A DNA stretch of 63,965 nucleotides, the filler included, from Chiloscyllium plagiosum (lineage: Eukaryota): NCBI RefSeq assembly GCF_004010195.1. It is 4 parts of one record of this genome, joined end to end, with 100 filler letters (N's around TTAATTAATTAA, not from the genome) between each part and the next. Parts side by side here need not be neighbours in the genome. Positions count along the whole stretch, not along the records: positions 31,752 to 49,584 come from NC_057716.1; 3 more parts are not named here. One strand, written 5' to 3'. Under the pieces are notes generated by a model. The model made no database searches, had not been told where the DNA came from, and saw only the letters and a program-made list of their open reading frames with translations. Of this stretch, positions 38,256 to 49,684 are shown piece after piece. Within the stretch, counting starts at the first letter, position 1. Each line of letters starts with the position of its first letter. Both the position numbers and the translations under genes were made by a program.

Positions 38256-40815
38256 GAGAGTTTGCCGCTGGAAGAGTGCAGCAGGTCAGGTAACATCTGA
38301 GGAACAGGAAAATCGACATTTCAGACATACGTCCTTCAACAGGAATGAGGCTTGTGTTTTGGGGCCGAGAGATAAATGGGAGGGGGTGAGGTTTGGGCGA
38401 AGGTAGCTGAGAAAGTGATAGGTGATGAAGATGAGGGAGAAGGTGATAGGTCAGAGAGGAGAGTGATAGGCAGGTCCTGAGGTTGGTGCCCGAGTTGGAG
38501 GCTTGGGACTAGGATACTGTTGGGGTGTGGGGGGAATGAGGAAGCTGTTGAAGTCCACATTTATCCCGTGTGGTTGCAGGGCCCCAAGGTGGAATACAAG
38601 GCGGCACGGTGGCACAGTGGTTAGCACTGCTGCCTCACAGCGCCAGAGACCCGGGTTCAATTCCCGCCTCAGGTGACTGACTGTGTGGAGTTTGCACGTT
38701 CTCCCCGTGTCTGCGTGGGTTTCCTCCGGGTGCTCCGGTTTCCTCCCACATCACAAAAATGTGCAGGGTCAGGTGAATTGGCCACACTAAATTGCCCGTA
38801 GTGTTAGGTAAAGGGTAAATGTAGGGGTATGGGTGGGTTTCGCTTCGGCGGGTCGGTGTGGACTTGTTGGCCCGAAGGGCCTGTTTCTACACTGTAATCT
38901 AATCTAAGTAAATCTAATCTAAAAATCTAATCTAAGGCATTCTTCCTCCAGGTGTCAGGTGGTAACGGTTTGGCGGTGGAGGAGGCCCAGGACCTGCATG
39001 TCCTTGACGGAGTGGGAGGGGGAGCTGAAGTGTTAAGCCATAGGGCAGTGGGGTTGGTGAGTGCTGGTGGGTCCCAGAGATGTTCTCTGAAACGATCCAC
39101 AATACGGCGTCCCATCTCCCCGATATAGAGGAGACCACACCGGTTGCAATGAATGCAGTAGGTGCCATTGGTAGAGGTGCAGGTAAATTTCTGATGGATG
39201 TGGAAGGATCCCTTGAGGCCTTGGACGGAGGTGAGGGGACTGGTGTGGACGCAGGTTTTGCACTTCGTGCAGTGGCAGGGAAAGGTGCCAGGTGTGGGGT
39301 GTGAACCTGATGAGGGAGCCGCGGAGGGAATGGTCTTTCCGAAACCTGATAGGGGTGGAGAGGGAAATATATCTTTGGCGTGGGTCCGTTTGGAGGTGGC
39401 GCAAGTAGCAGAGGATGATGCAATGTATACGGAGGTTGGTGGGGTGGAAGGTGAGGACCGGGCGGGGTGGGGGTGTTCTATCCTTGTTGCGTTGAGAGGG
39501 GTGGGGTTCAAGGGCAGTGGTGCATGAAGTGGAGGAGATGCACTGGAGGGCATCATCAACCATGTGGGAAGGAAGTTGCGATCGTGGAAAAAGGAGGCCA
39601 TCTTCGACTTTGAGGTGGAATTGGTCATCCTGGGAACAGATGCAGCAGAGCTGGAGGAACTGGGAATAATGGATGACGTTTTTACAGGAGGCAGGGTGGG
39701 AGGAAGTGTAGTCTAGGTAGCTGTGGGAGTCGGTGGGCTTGTAGTGGATGTCCGTGGTTAGTCAGTCACCAAAGAATGTGATGGAGAGGTCCAGAAAGGG
39801 GAGAGAGGTGTCCGAGATGGTCCAGGTGAATTTGAGGTCGGGGTGGAAGGTGTTGGTAAAGTTGATGAACTGTTCATCCTCCTCATGGGACCTCGTGGTG
39901 GTGCCGATGCAGTCATCAATGTAGGTGGTGTGGTGCCAGTGTAACTGCGCAAGATAGACTGTCCCACATATTCAACAAACAGGCAGGCATAGCTTGGTCC
40001 CATGTGGGTGCCATGGCTTACCCCTTTGGTTTGGAAGACGTCTAAGGATTGGAAGGAAAAGTTGTTGAGAGTGAGGACCAGTTCAGCCAAGCGGATCAGG
40101 GTGTCTGTGGAAGGGTATGGTTGGGACGACGTGAGAGGAAGAAACGGAGAGCTTGGAGACTTTCACCGTGGCGGATCGATGTGTACAGTGACTAGATGTC
40201 CATGGTGAAGATGAGGCATTGGGGGCTGGGGACCAACAGCAACCAGTACCTTTCCACCGACATCGTTTCCCCAGACCCCAAAGCCTCATCTTCACCATGC
40301 ATGTCCAGTTGCTGCACACATTGTTTCACCACAACAAATGTCTCCAAGCAATCTGTTTCTTTTTCTCACGCAGTCCCAACCAGTATCCTTCCACCGACAC
40401 CCCGATCCGCCTGGTTTCCTACCAGCCCACACCCCACTCCTGGCACCTTTCCCTGCCACCGCAGGAAGTGCAAAACCTGTGCCCACACCAGTCCCCTCAT
40501 CTCCGTGCAAGGACCCAAAGGATCCATCAACATCTATCAGAAATTTACCTGCACCTCTACCAATGTCATCCACTGCGTCCATTGCACCCGTGTGGTCTCC
40601 TTTACATCGGGGAGACAGGGCGCCTTCTTGTGGATTGTTTCAGAGAACATCCCCGGGGCACCAGCACCCACCAACCCCACTGCCCCGTGGCTGAACACTT
40701 CAACTCCCCCTCCCACTCTATCAAGGACGTGCAGGTCCTGGGCCTCCTCCACTGCCAAACCGTTACCACCTGACACCTGGAGGAATAACGCCTTATATTC
40801 CGCCTCCCCCCCCAC
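38256..40815. mobile_element. Penelope-like element with internal inversion, filling most of the exon 2-exon 3 intron
   Basis: Minus-strand RT/GIY-YIG (LVLTLNNFSF, HMGPSYACLFV, GLLYIGEMGRR) to ~40235, then plus-strand copy (CKTCAHT, YIGETGR, VAEHFNS). Confidence 0.88.
38600..38933 (+). mobile_element. Near-intact HE1-like V-SINE
   Basis: A box tggcacagtgg, B box ggttcaattcc, V-core, (AATCT)n tail, many intact CpGs. Confidence 0.92.
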
Positions 40816-40899
40816 CTTAAATTCACCAATTTCCGTCCCTCCCCCTCTCTCTCACTGTCACTCACACACTTTCTCTCTGTCCACTTGCATTGGATCCAG

Positions 40900-41169
40900 A
40901 GCCTCCAGTAAGAATCGTCAACAGTTCGTCTCCGGTGTTGATTGTACTGACCGGGGCTGAGGTTGTCCTGTCATGTGAGCTCACTCAACCCAAGGCTGAG
41001 GTGAGATGGTACAAGGACGCGGTTGAGGTGAAGCGGACTGAGAACTGCACGTTGGAGGTGGACGGAAGACGCAGGAGACTGACCATCCACCAGGTTACAG
41101 TTGGGGACGGAGGGACATACATGTGTGATGCAGTTGACGACTCAGCCAAGTTTGAAGTGACCGTGTCTG
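40900..41169 (+). CDS. OBSL1: Internal coding exon 3 of tandem Ig I-set array (OBSL1-like)
   Basis: CAG acceptor ending 40899, GTGAGT at 41170, 270 bp, phase 1-1; EPPVRIVNSSSPVLIVLTGAEVVLSCELTQPKAEVRWYKDA...DGGTYMCDAVDDSAKFEVTVS. Confidence 0.8.
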
Positions 41170-42599
41170 GTGAGTCCTAAGTCAAGCGTCCTAAGTTGAT
41201 GTTGTTGTTCTCTCTGGGTCGGGACAGGGGATATAGGTGCCATTCAGATTTGTAACAGGAGACACAGAGAACTCCGTTCAGCGACTGAGGGATAGCTTTC
41301 ATGCCTCACGATGTCATGCCTTGTTGCAGAGATAAAACTACTTTGAAATTGAAAATATCAGTTGATGTTTGTTGTGAGTTGGGGAGACATGCATTTAGTC
41401 TTCAATTAGGATACCAGGATAATATCGCAAGGACGAGGGGCAGGAGTAGGACATTTGGCCCCTTGGAACCCTGCCCTGACTTTAAATGAGAACAAGGCTG
41501 AACCTTTACCACCAGCCAACCTTCCTGGCCACTTCAGGCGCTTGTGGTGCAGTGCTCGCATCCCTACCTCTAACCTAGCAGACCGAGGTTCTAATTCCAG
41601 TTCAGGTATGTCATAACACATTGAAGTCGATTAGTTGGCGTTGTAAATGTATCTATCTCATTCTTAAAAACAAAACAGATTAAGCTCCGATTTGCTACCA
41701 TTGAGATGACAACAGAATGTCAAACCGTACAACCCAGAAACTGGCCCTTTGGTTCTCGATATTGTGCTGAACATTTCGGCAAATTAAACCAATCCGTTCT
41801 TCCTGCCCATGGTCGATATCCATGCATTCCTTCCTTACTCGTGCTTATCTAAAAGCCCCTTAGATGCCCCTCTCATACATGCCTCCACCAGTACCCTGGC
41901 AGTGCGTTCCAGGTGTCCACCTTTTTTCGTATGATAGACTTGCCCTCACACAATGCATGGTATCTAGTATTAGATATTTCAACTCTGGGAACGAGAGGCA
42001 GACTGTCAGCCATTTGTCTCTGATAATTATGTAAACTTCTATCGGGTCTCCCCTCAGCCTCGGCTGCTCCAGGGAAAACAACCCAAGTTTTTCCTCCTGC
42101 TCTTTACAGCTCATGCCTTCTAATCCAAGCGGCGTGCAATTCTAGACGTTTGAGGCATCAAAGGGTATGGGGGGAAAGTGTGAATATCCTATTTTACGAG
42201 AGGATCTGCCATAATTGTATGCCATGATGGAGCAGACTTGAAGGGCTGATGGCTTACATTAGTTTCCATGTCTCCCTCAATTATGAATTGCCAAGCAATC
42301 TCTCAATCCCAGTTTTGAGTATCAAATGAATGAAGTTCCACTTTCCTCTGGTACGGAGAATTTCAAAGATACATCACCAGCTGAAGGAACAAATGTCTCC
42401 TCATCACCATCTGAAATGGCTGGCTCCTTATCCTGTGAATAGACCATTCTTGTGGATGCATTTTTCACAACACCAGTGACCCTAATGGAAGAAGAGTAGG
42501 AAAAAACATTGTGTGCCAGAACAAAAGCATTCTTGACCCTCTAAACACCATACCCGTATCTCACTGTCAGCAGTGTGACAGAATCAGTCTTGTATTAAC

Positions 42600-42903
42600 G
42601 GGGCGGCACGATGGCTCAGTGGTTAACACTGTAACCTCACACCGCCAGGGATCCGGGTTCGATTCCAGCCTTGGGCAACTGTCTGTGTGGAGTTTGCACG
42701 TCTTCCCTGTGTCTGCGTGGGTTTCCTCTGGGTGCTCCGGTTTCCTCCCACAGTCCAAAGATGGATTGGCTATGCTAAATTGCCCAAAGTATTAGGTGCA
42801 TTCATCAGAGGGAAATGGGTCTGGATGGTTTACTCTCCGGAGGGTCAGTGTGGACTTGTTGGGCCGAAAGCCTGTTTCCACACTGTAGGGAATCTATCTA
42901 ATC
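42600..42903 (+). mobile_element. V-SINE unique to the exon 3-exon 4 intron
   Basis: ggcggcacgatggctcagtgg...ggttcgattcc; absent at paralogous sites (tgtaacaaaccaaag near 32860). Confidence 0.88.
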
Positions 42904-43172
42904 AAACCAAAAAGAGCTCTTTGGACAGGGATTCTTTCTGCTTTTCCCCGCTCTGTCCATGTCGCCAATGCACTCCCACTGTTTATGTTTCCTCCTCCCA
43001 CTCTCACTAATTTTCTTTTCCTTTCCCTCTTTCTCATTCTATCACACTTTCCCTTTTTTCCTCTTAATTTTACTCTCTCCATTTAAATCTTCCTCCCTCA
43101 AATTTACCAATTTCTCTCTCTCTCTCACTGTCACTCACATACTTTCTCTTTCTCCTTTTGTATTGTATCTAG

Positions 43173-43442
43173 AGCCTCCAGTAAGAATCGTCAACAGTTC
43201 GTCTGCGGTGTTGAGTGTACTGACTGGGGCTGAGGTTGTCCTGTCGTGTGAGCTCTCTCAACCCAAGGCCGAGGTGAGATGGTACAAAGATGGGGTTGAG
43301 GTGAAGTGGAATGAGAACTGCACGATGGAGGTGGATGGAAGATGCAGGAGACTGACCATTCGCCAGGTTACAGTGGGGGACGGAGGAATATATCTATGTG
43401 ATGCAGTTGACGACTCGGCCAAGTTTGAAGTGAATGTGTCCG
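43173..43442 (+). CDS. OBSL1: Internal coding exon 4 of tandem Ig I-set array (OBSL1-like)
   Basis: TAG acceptor ending 43172, GTGAGT at 43443, 270 bp, phase 1-1; EPPVRIVNSSSAVLSVLTGAEVVLSCELSQPKAEVRWYKDG...DGGIYLCDAVDDSAKFEVNVS. Confidence 0.8.
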
Positions 43443-43884
43443 GTGAGTCCTAAGTGAAACCACAATTGAACCATTAACATCATTCCGTCTCGGTCGGGAT
43501 GGGGCTCCCTGCTGTCATTCAGATTTATAACAGGAGAGACAGAGAACTCCCTTCATGATCTCAGGAATGTATTTTCACACATCCAGATGTCATGTCTGGT
43601 TGCAGAACCGAAACTGCCTTGAAATTGAGAAAATCCACCATTGTCTGATGTTTGTAGTGAGTTGAGGAAACAGGCAGTTAGTCTTTAATTAGGATACGAG
43701 GATAAGATCTCAAGGAGCAGGAGTAGGACATTTGAACTCTCAAGCCTGCAGTGACTTTCAGATCAATGGTGATTGTGGTCAACCTTCCATTGCTCCTGTG
43801 ATGCAATGATCGAATTCCTACCTCAGACCTAGAATGTTGTACTCCCAGTTGAATTATGTCATATCACATCGATGCATGATTTGG

Positions 43885-44660
43885 AGACACCAGTGTTAGA
43901 CTGGGTGTACAAAGTTAAAAATCACACAACACCAGGTTATAATCCAAAAGTTAAAAATCACACAACACCAGGTTATAATCCAACAGGTTTATTTGGAAGC
44001 ACTAGCTTTTGCAGCGCTGCTCCTTCATCAGGTCGTTGTGGAAAATAAGATCGTAAGACACAGAATTTATAGCAAAAGTTTACAGTGTGATGTAACTGAA
44101 ATTATATATTGAAAAAGACTTGGATTATTTGTTAAGTCTCTCATCTTTTTAAAATGACCATGTTGGTTTCAGTTCTTTCATATATAAATCACAAAACTTT
44201 TCTTAGAAGTTACATTCTCAAGTGAACTTTAACAATTGGTGTCATGTCGGCCCAGATAATGTATTGAAGGCGTTAGCTTCCTCTGTGAGGCTGACTGTGC
44301 CACAGTGGTCAGACTGATTCTAATCTAAAAAATGGATTTACAGAAGCTTACATAGATTCATGCAATTTTTGAGCAAAGTAAAATGTAATTCTGCAGGCAC
44401 AAATTCACCCCACAAACATATATATGTGTGTGTGTGTGTGTGTGGGGGGGGGGGGGGCAGGGCAGGGGGCATTGAGTGTCTGTGAGAGGGTGCTTGTATG
44501 TGTGAGTGTAAAGGGGTTTAAGTCTGTGAGCGGGAGTGTGTGTGTGTGTCCGTCCGTCCATCTGTCTGTGTATAGTGAAATGGGGTCACCTGTAGTGTGA
44601 CATGAACCCAAGCCCATTGTTGCGGCCATCCCCTTGGGTACCGAACTTGGCAATGCATCT
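43885..44660 (-). mobile_element. Penelope-like 3' region (second family) with GT/G microsatellites
   Basis: Antisense homology to 54600-55180; hammerhead-like core at 44003-44031; 36-bp tandem duplication near 43911-43982. Confidence 0.8.
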
Positions 44661-45509
44661 ATGCAGGTTGATTAAAATTGCTGTTTCAGTGATAGTGGGT
44701 CAGAATCTTGCATGTATCTTTTTTAAAAATGAGATAGGTACATTTAGAATATGGAACGGTCCGGTACAGGAACCCGCCCTTGGCCCACAATGTTGTGCTA
44801 TATGGGTCCATATCCCTTCATTCCTTCCTTATGCATGTGCTTATCTGAAAGCATTGAAACACCCCTGTCATATCTGACCCACTACTATCCTTGCCAACGA
44901 GTTCCAAGCATTTAAAACTATGTGTAAAAAACACTTGCTCCTAACATCTCCTTTCAACTTGTCCCCTCTTATTAAATGCATGCTCTCAAGTATTAGACAT
45001 TTCAGGTCTTGGAAAAGTATTATGACTGTCATCCCTATCTATGCCTCTCATAATCTTATTTACTTCTGTCAGGTCTGCCTTTAGATTGTGCTCCTCCAGA
45101 GAAAACAACCCTCATTTGTCCAGCTTGTCCATATCCTCTTAATCCAGGTGGTATCCACTTCTCCATGTTCTAGGCATCAAACAGCGTGGGGTGAAAGCGG
45201 AAACATGACATTGAGAGAGGCTTAGCTAAAATTGTATGGAATGACAGTGTAGCCTTGAAGCACTGAATGTCTTTCTTCAGCTCTTAGTTTGACATTTCCC
45301 TCAATTGTGAAGAGTCAAACAATCTCTCAATCCCACTCCTGAATTAACCTCAATGAGTGTGGATCCACATTCCTGTAGTACGGAGAATTCCAAAAGTTTG
45401 TCACGCCCTGAGGAAAGAAATGTCTTCGGATCACTGTCTAAAATAGCCGGTTCTTAATCCTGCAATTAGCCTGTTGTTGAAGATATATTTTTCACAATAT
45501 CAGTGATCC

Positions 45510-47260
45510 GAATAGAAGAAGAAATAAACCAGCAGGAGGCTGGAAGCACACAGCTTCCAGGCAGTGTCAGGAGGCGGAGAAGTCGATGTTTCAGGTGTAA
45601 CCATTCTTCAGAACTGGGGGGTTGGTGGTGAGGAGCTGCAGATGAAAGGTGGGGGATGGGGGTGGAGGTGGTGGCGGCGGGGGCAGGGTGGTGAAGTGGG
45701 GATAGGTGAAGACAGAGCGTACAATCTGTTTGGTCAATAGGAGGAATGAATCCAGTTGGTGACAGGGAGCAGTGGAATGGATGGGGAGGGGCTGGGAAGG
45801 GAGTTGAAGAATGGGAAGGGAGGTTATTTGAAATTGGAGAACTCAACATTGAGTTCTCTGGGTTGGAGGCTGCCCAGGTGGAAGATGAGGTGTTGTTCCT
45901 CCAATTTGAGGTGTAATTCGTTGTGGCAATGGGGGAGGCCAAAAATGGTCATGTTGGAAAGGGAGTGGTTAGGGGAATTGAAATAGGCGGTGACTGGGAG
46001 ATCCGGTCCACTCCTGCAGGTCCGGCTGTGATACTCAATCAAACGTTCCCTAATTTTACATCCTATCTCCCTGATGTAGGGAAGACCACTTTGGGAGCAC
46101 CTGATGCAGTAAACTAGGTTGGAAGAGAAGTAGGTGAACCTCTTTCTCACTGGGAAGGGGTATTTGGTGCCCTGGATGGAGGTGAGGGGATTAGTGTACT
46201 GGCAGGTTTTGCATCTTTTCCGGTTGCAGGGCAAGGTAGCTGGGGGTTTGGGGGTGCATTCAGTACAGAGACCAGTGCAAACCAAGGGAATGTCCTTGTG
46301 GAAGCCAGGGAGGCTGGGGGCGTGGGGAGGGGAAGATATTCTTATTGGTGCGGTCTGGTTGGAGTTGATGAAAGTGTTTAAGGATGATGCGTTGGACGCG
46401 TAGACTGGGGTGGGTAGATGAGGACGGGGGGTCTCTGCCTTTATTATGTTGGGGGTTGAGTTTAGAGAAGTAGAACGGGGATTGGAAGTGGTGCTGCAGA
46501 GGGCTGTCTGGATGACAGAGGAGGAAAAGCACGTTGTTCAAAATAGGTGAACATCTGGAATGCTCGTGAGTAAAATGTCTCCTTGTCCAAGCAGATGCAG
46601 CGGAGGCGGAGGAATTGGGCAAATGGGATGGAATTCTTGCAGGATACTGGGTGGGAGGAGATATAGTCCAGGTAGTTATTGTACTCTGTAGGTTTGTAGA
46701 AAAAGTCCGTCTGGAGACCGTCGCTGGAGATGGACCGAGCATTGTAGCCAGGCCCACAGGGGCCAACTGGACCTCCCAGTCACCGCCCATTTCAATTCCC
46801 CTAACCACTCCTTTTCTGACATGACCATCCTTGGCCTCCTAAATTGCCACAATGAACCACTTGACAATTTAGAGGGACAAACCTCATCTCATGCCTGGGC
46901 AGCCTCCAACCTAGAGGATTCAACATTGAGTTCTCCAATTTCAAATAGCCTCCCTTCCCATCCCCCGATTCCATTTCCAGCCCCTTCCCATCCCTTCCAC
47001 TGATTCCTCACACCAACTGGATTCAGTCCTCATTGACCAACCTGGTCATATCCTGTACCTGTCTTTACCTATCCCCACTTCACCACCCTGCTCCAGCCAC
47101 CTCCTTTATCTGCAGCTCCCCCACAACTACACCCATTCCTGGAAGACAGTCAGACCAGAAATGTTGACTTCACCTCCTGATGATGCCTGGATGGCTGTGT
47201 CCTTCCAGCATCCTACCTATTTCTTTTGGACTCCAGCATCTGCAGTTATTTTGTCTCTAA
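45510..47260. mobile_element. Penelope-like element with inverted terminal copy, paralogous to 35670-37310
   Basis: ORF 45824-46285 CKTCQY..NLVYCIRC..YIREIG..LEEQHLIFHLGSLQP. Confidence 0.88.
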
Positions 47261-47724
47261 CCTAATGGAAGGAGAGCAGAAACAAACTTAGTGTGTCAAA
47301 ACAAGAGCATTCTTGTACATCTGAACACCATATCAATATCTCACCCTGCCCAGAGTGACAGTGTCACTATTTCTGTAACACAAACCAAGGAGACCACTGT
47401 GACAGGGATTCTTCACATTTCACTCTTTCATTTTTTTTCCTCTCTGTCAAAGTCTCCAACACACTCTCCCTGTTTATATTTGATGTGGAAGTGGCAATGT
47501 TGGATTGGGGTGGACAAAGTTAAAAATCACAAAACACCAGACTATAGTTCAACAGGTTCTTCGAAATAAACCTGTTGGACTATAACTTAGTGTTGTGTGT
47601 TTATGTTTCACCGGTCTTTGTCTCTTCCTCACAATCTCTCTAATTTTCTCTTCTTATTCTGTCACTTTTTCTCTTTTGTCTTTTTTATTTAACTGTCTCC
47701 ACTTATGGCTTCCACCTGCAAATC

Positions 47725-47727
47725 CTC

Positions 47728-47758
<31 letters not shown>

Positions 47759-47940
47759 AACACACACTCTCACACTCTTCCTTTCTCTCTCTCACACACA
47801 CTCACACACTCTTCCTCTCTCTCTCTGTCTCTCTCTCTTTCCCACTCACACACTCTCATACTCTTGCTCTCTCTCTCTCACTCTCACTCTCTCACTCACA
47901 CTCACATACTCTTGCTCACACTCTCTCTCTCTCTCTCTTT
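47725..47940 (+). repeat. Expanded (CT)n/(CA)n low-complexity tract upstream of exon 5 acceptor
   Basis: Direct reading; much shorter tracts precede exons 1-4. Confidence 0.9.
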
Positions 47941-47957
47941 GTCTTTGTTGGATCCAG

Positions 47958-48227
47958 AGCCTCCAATAAGAATCGTCAACAGTTCCTCTCCGATATTGAA
48001 TGTACTGACTGGGGACGAGGTTGTCCTGTCATGTGAGCTGTCATGGCCGAAGGCAAAAGTGAGATGGTTCCATGACGGGGTGGAGGTGGTGCAGAACGAG
48101 AAGTGTACAATAGAAATGGATGGAAGATGCAGAAGGTTGACCATCCACCGGGTTACACTGGGAGACCGAGGGACGTACTTGTGTGACGCAGTTGACGACT
48201 TGGCCAAGTTTGAATTGAGTGTTTCTG
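47958..48227 (+). CDS. OBSL1: Internal coding exon 5 of tandem Ig I-set array (OBSL1-like)
   Basis: Long CT/CA tract, CAG acceptor ending 47957, GTGAGT at 48228, 270 bp, phase 1-1; EPPIRIVNSSSPILNVLTGDEVVLSCELSWPKAKVRWFHDG...DRGTYLCDAVDDLAKFELSVS. Confidence 0.8.
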
Positions 48228-48536
48228 GTGAGTCCTATGTCTAGCCACACTTGAACCATTGCGATTGTTCCCTCTGGGTCGGAACAGGGGGGCACTACTG
48301 TCATTCAGATTTACACCAGGAGACACAGAGAACTCCATTCAACAACTGAGGGATGGGGTTTCATGCACCCAGATGTCATGCCTTGTTGCAGAGTGAGAAA
48401 CACCTTGGAATTGAGAAAATCAGTCATTGCTTGTTGTTTGTTGTGAGTTGGGAAGACGGGTAGTTAGTCTTTAATTAGGATATCAGGATAAGATCGAAAG
48501 GATAAGCGGCAGGAGTAGGACATCTGACCCCTCGAA

Positions 48537-48578
48537 ACGCAATTGACGACTCGGCCAAATTTGAAGTGAATGTGTCCA
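48537..48578 (+). pseudogene. 5'-truncated remnant of a sixth Ig exon copy
   Basis: acgcaattgacgactcggccaaatttgaagtgaatgtgtcca|gtgagtcc matches the last ~42 nt and donor of exons 1-5 (A.DDSAKFEVNVS). No acceptor or 5' exon part; followed by the shared downstream intron sequence. Confidence 0.85.
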
Positions 48579-49429
48579 GTGAGTCCTATGTCAAGCCACA
48601 CTCGAACCATTGATGTTGTTCCCTCTGGATTGGGCTGCGGGCACTGATGTCATTCAGAGTTATAACAGGAAACATAGAGAACTGAGGGACTGAGGGATGG
48701 ATTTTCATGCCCCCAGATGTCATGCCTTGTTGAAGAGTGAAAACCACCTTGGTTTTCAGTGGTTGCCAGTTTGTTGTGAGTTGGGCAAATAGGCAGTTAG
48801 CCATTAATTGGAATACCAGGATAAGGTCGCAAAGAAAAGGGTCAGGAATAGGATCTTTAACCCCCTCGAACCCTCCCTGACTTTCAGTGAGAGCGTGGCT
48901 GAACCTTTGCCACTAGCCAACCTTCCTGGCCACGTGCTGTTCTTGTGGTTCAGTGGCAGCATTTCGACCTCTGACCTCGAAGACCTAGGTTCTAATTCCA
49001 GTTCGGGTATGTCATAACACATCGAAGCAGATTGATTGACGTTGTAAATGTATCTATTATCTCATTCTTAAAAACAAAACACACCAGGCTCTGATTTGCT
49101 ACCATTGAAATGACAACAGAACATCGAATAGTACAGCACAAGAACTGGCCCTTGGTTCTCTATGTTGTACTGAACATTTCGCCACATTAAACTAAACCCT
49201 TCTTCCTGCCCAAGGTCCATATCCATCCATTCCTTATTCATGTGTTTATCTAAAAATTCCTTAAATGCCCTATTGTACTTGACTCCCCCACTACCCCTTG
49301 CAGCGTGTTCCAGGGATCTACCATTCTCTGTGTAAAAGACTTGCCCTCACATCTCCTTTGAACATACACCCTCTCTTGTTAAATGCACAGGATACAGTGT
49401 TAGACATTTCAACTCTGGGATGAAGATTC

Positions 49430-49584
49430 AGATTCTGGATTAGTAGTGCTGGAAGAGCACAGCAGTTCAGGCAGCATCCAAGGAGCAGCGAAATCGACAT
49501 TTCGGGCAAAAGCCCTTCATCAGGAATAAAGGCAGAGAGCCTGAAGCGTGGAGAGATAAGCTAGAGGAGGGTGGGGGTGGGGAG
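49430..49584 (-). mobile_element. Penelope terminus running into a gap
   Basis: Hammerhead-like core at 49496-49523 on the minus strand. Confidence 0.8.
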
Positions 49585-49684
49585 NNNNNNNNNNNNNNNN
49601 NNNNNNNNNNNNNNNNNNNNNNNNNNNNTTAATTAATTAANNNNNNNNNNNNNNNNNNNNNNNNNNNNNNNNNNNNNNNNNNNN

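Larger units (their letters stand above)
32140..49430 (+). repeat. Tandem duplication array of ~2-kb exon+intron units
   Basis: Intronic blocks recur around the exons, e.g. gtcattcagattt.taacaggaga.acagagaact (~33503, 41238, 43513, 48300, 48650) and aatggaagaa.agcaga (~32748, 37308, 42484, 47264). Exon 3 to exon 4 spacing is 2273 bp including a ~300-bp SINE. Confidence 0.9.

Noticed and set aside
38600..38675. tRNA-like sequence with A and B boxes
   Set aside because: It is the head of a V-SINE continuing into core and tail, repeated many times; not a tRNA gene.
47705..47957. Hydrophobic or Ser/Leu/His-rich N-terminal extensions of the Ig ORFs (also 33068, 37872, 42959) as signal peptides of single-exon genes
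   Set aside because: They are translated intronic CT/CA tracts upstream of clear AG acceptors; similarity among copies starts at the acceptor.
33171..48227. Ig exons as antigen-receptor V segments
   Set aside because: I-set rather than V-set pattern, each ends in a splice donor, and no heptamer/nonamer recombination signal follows.
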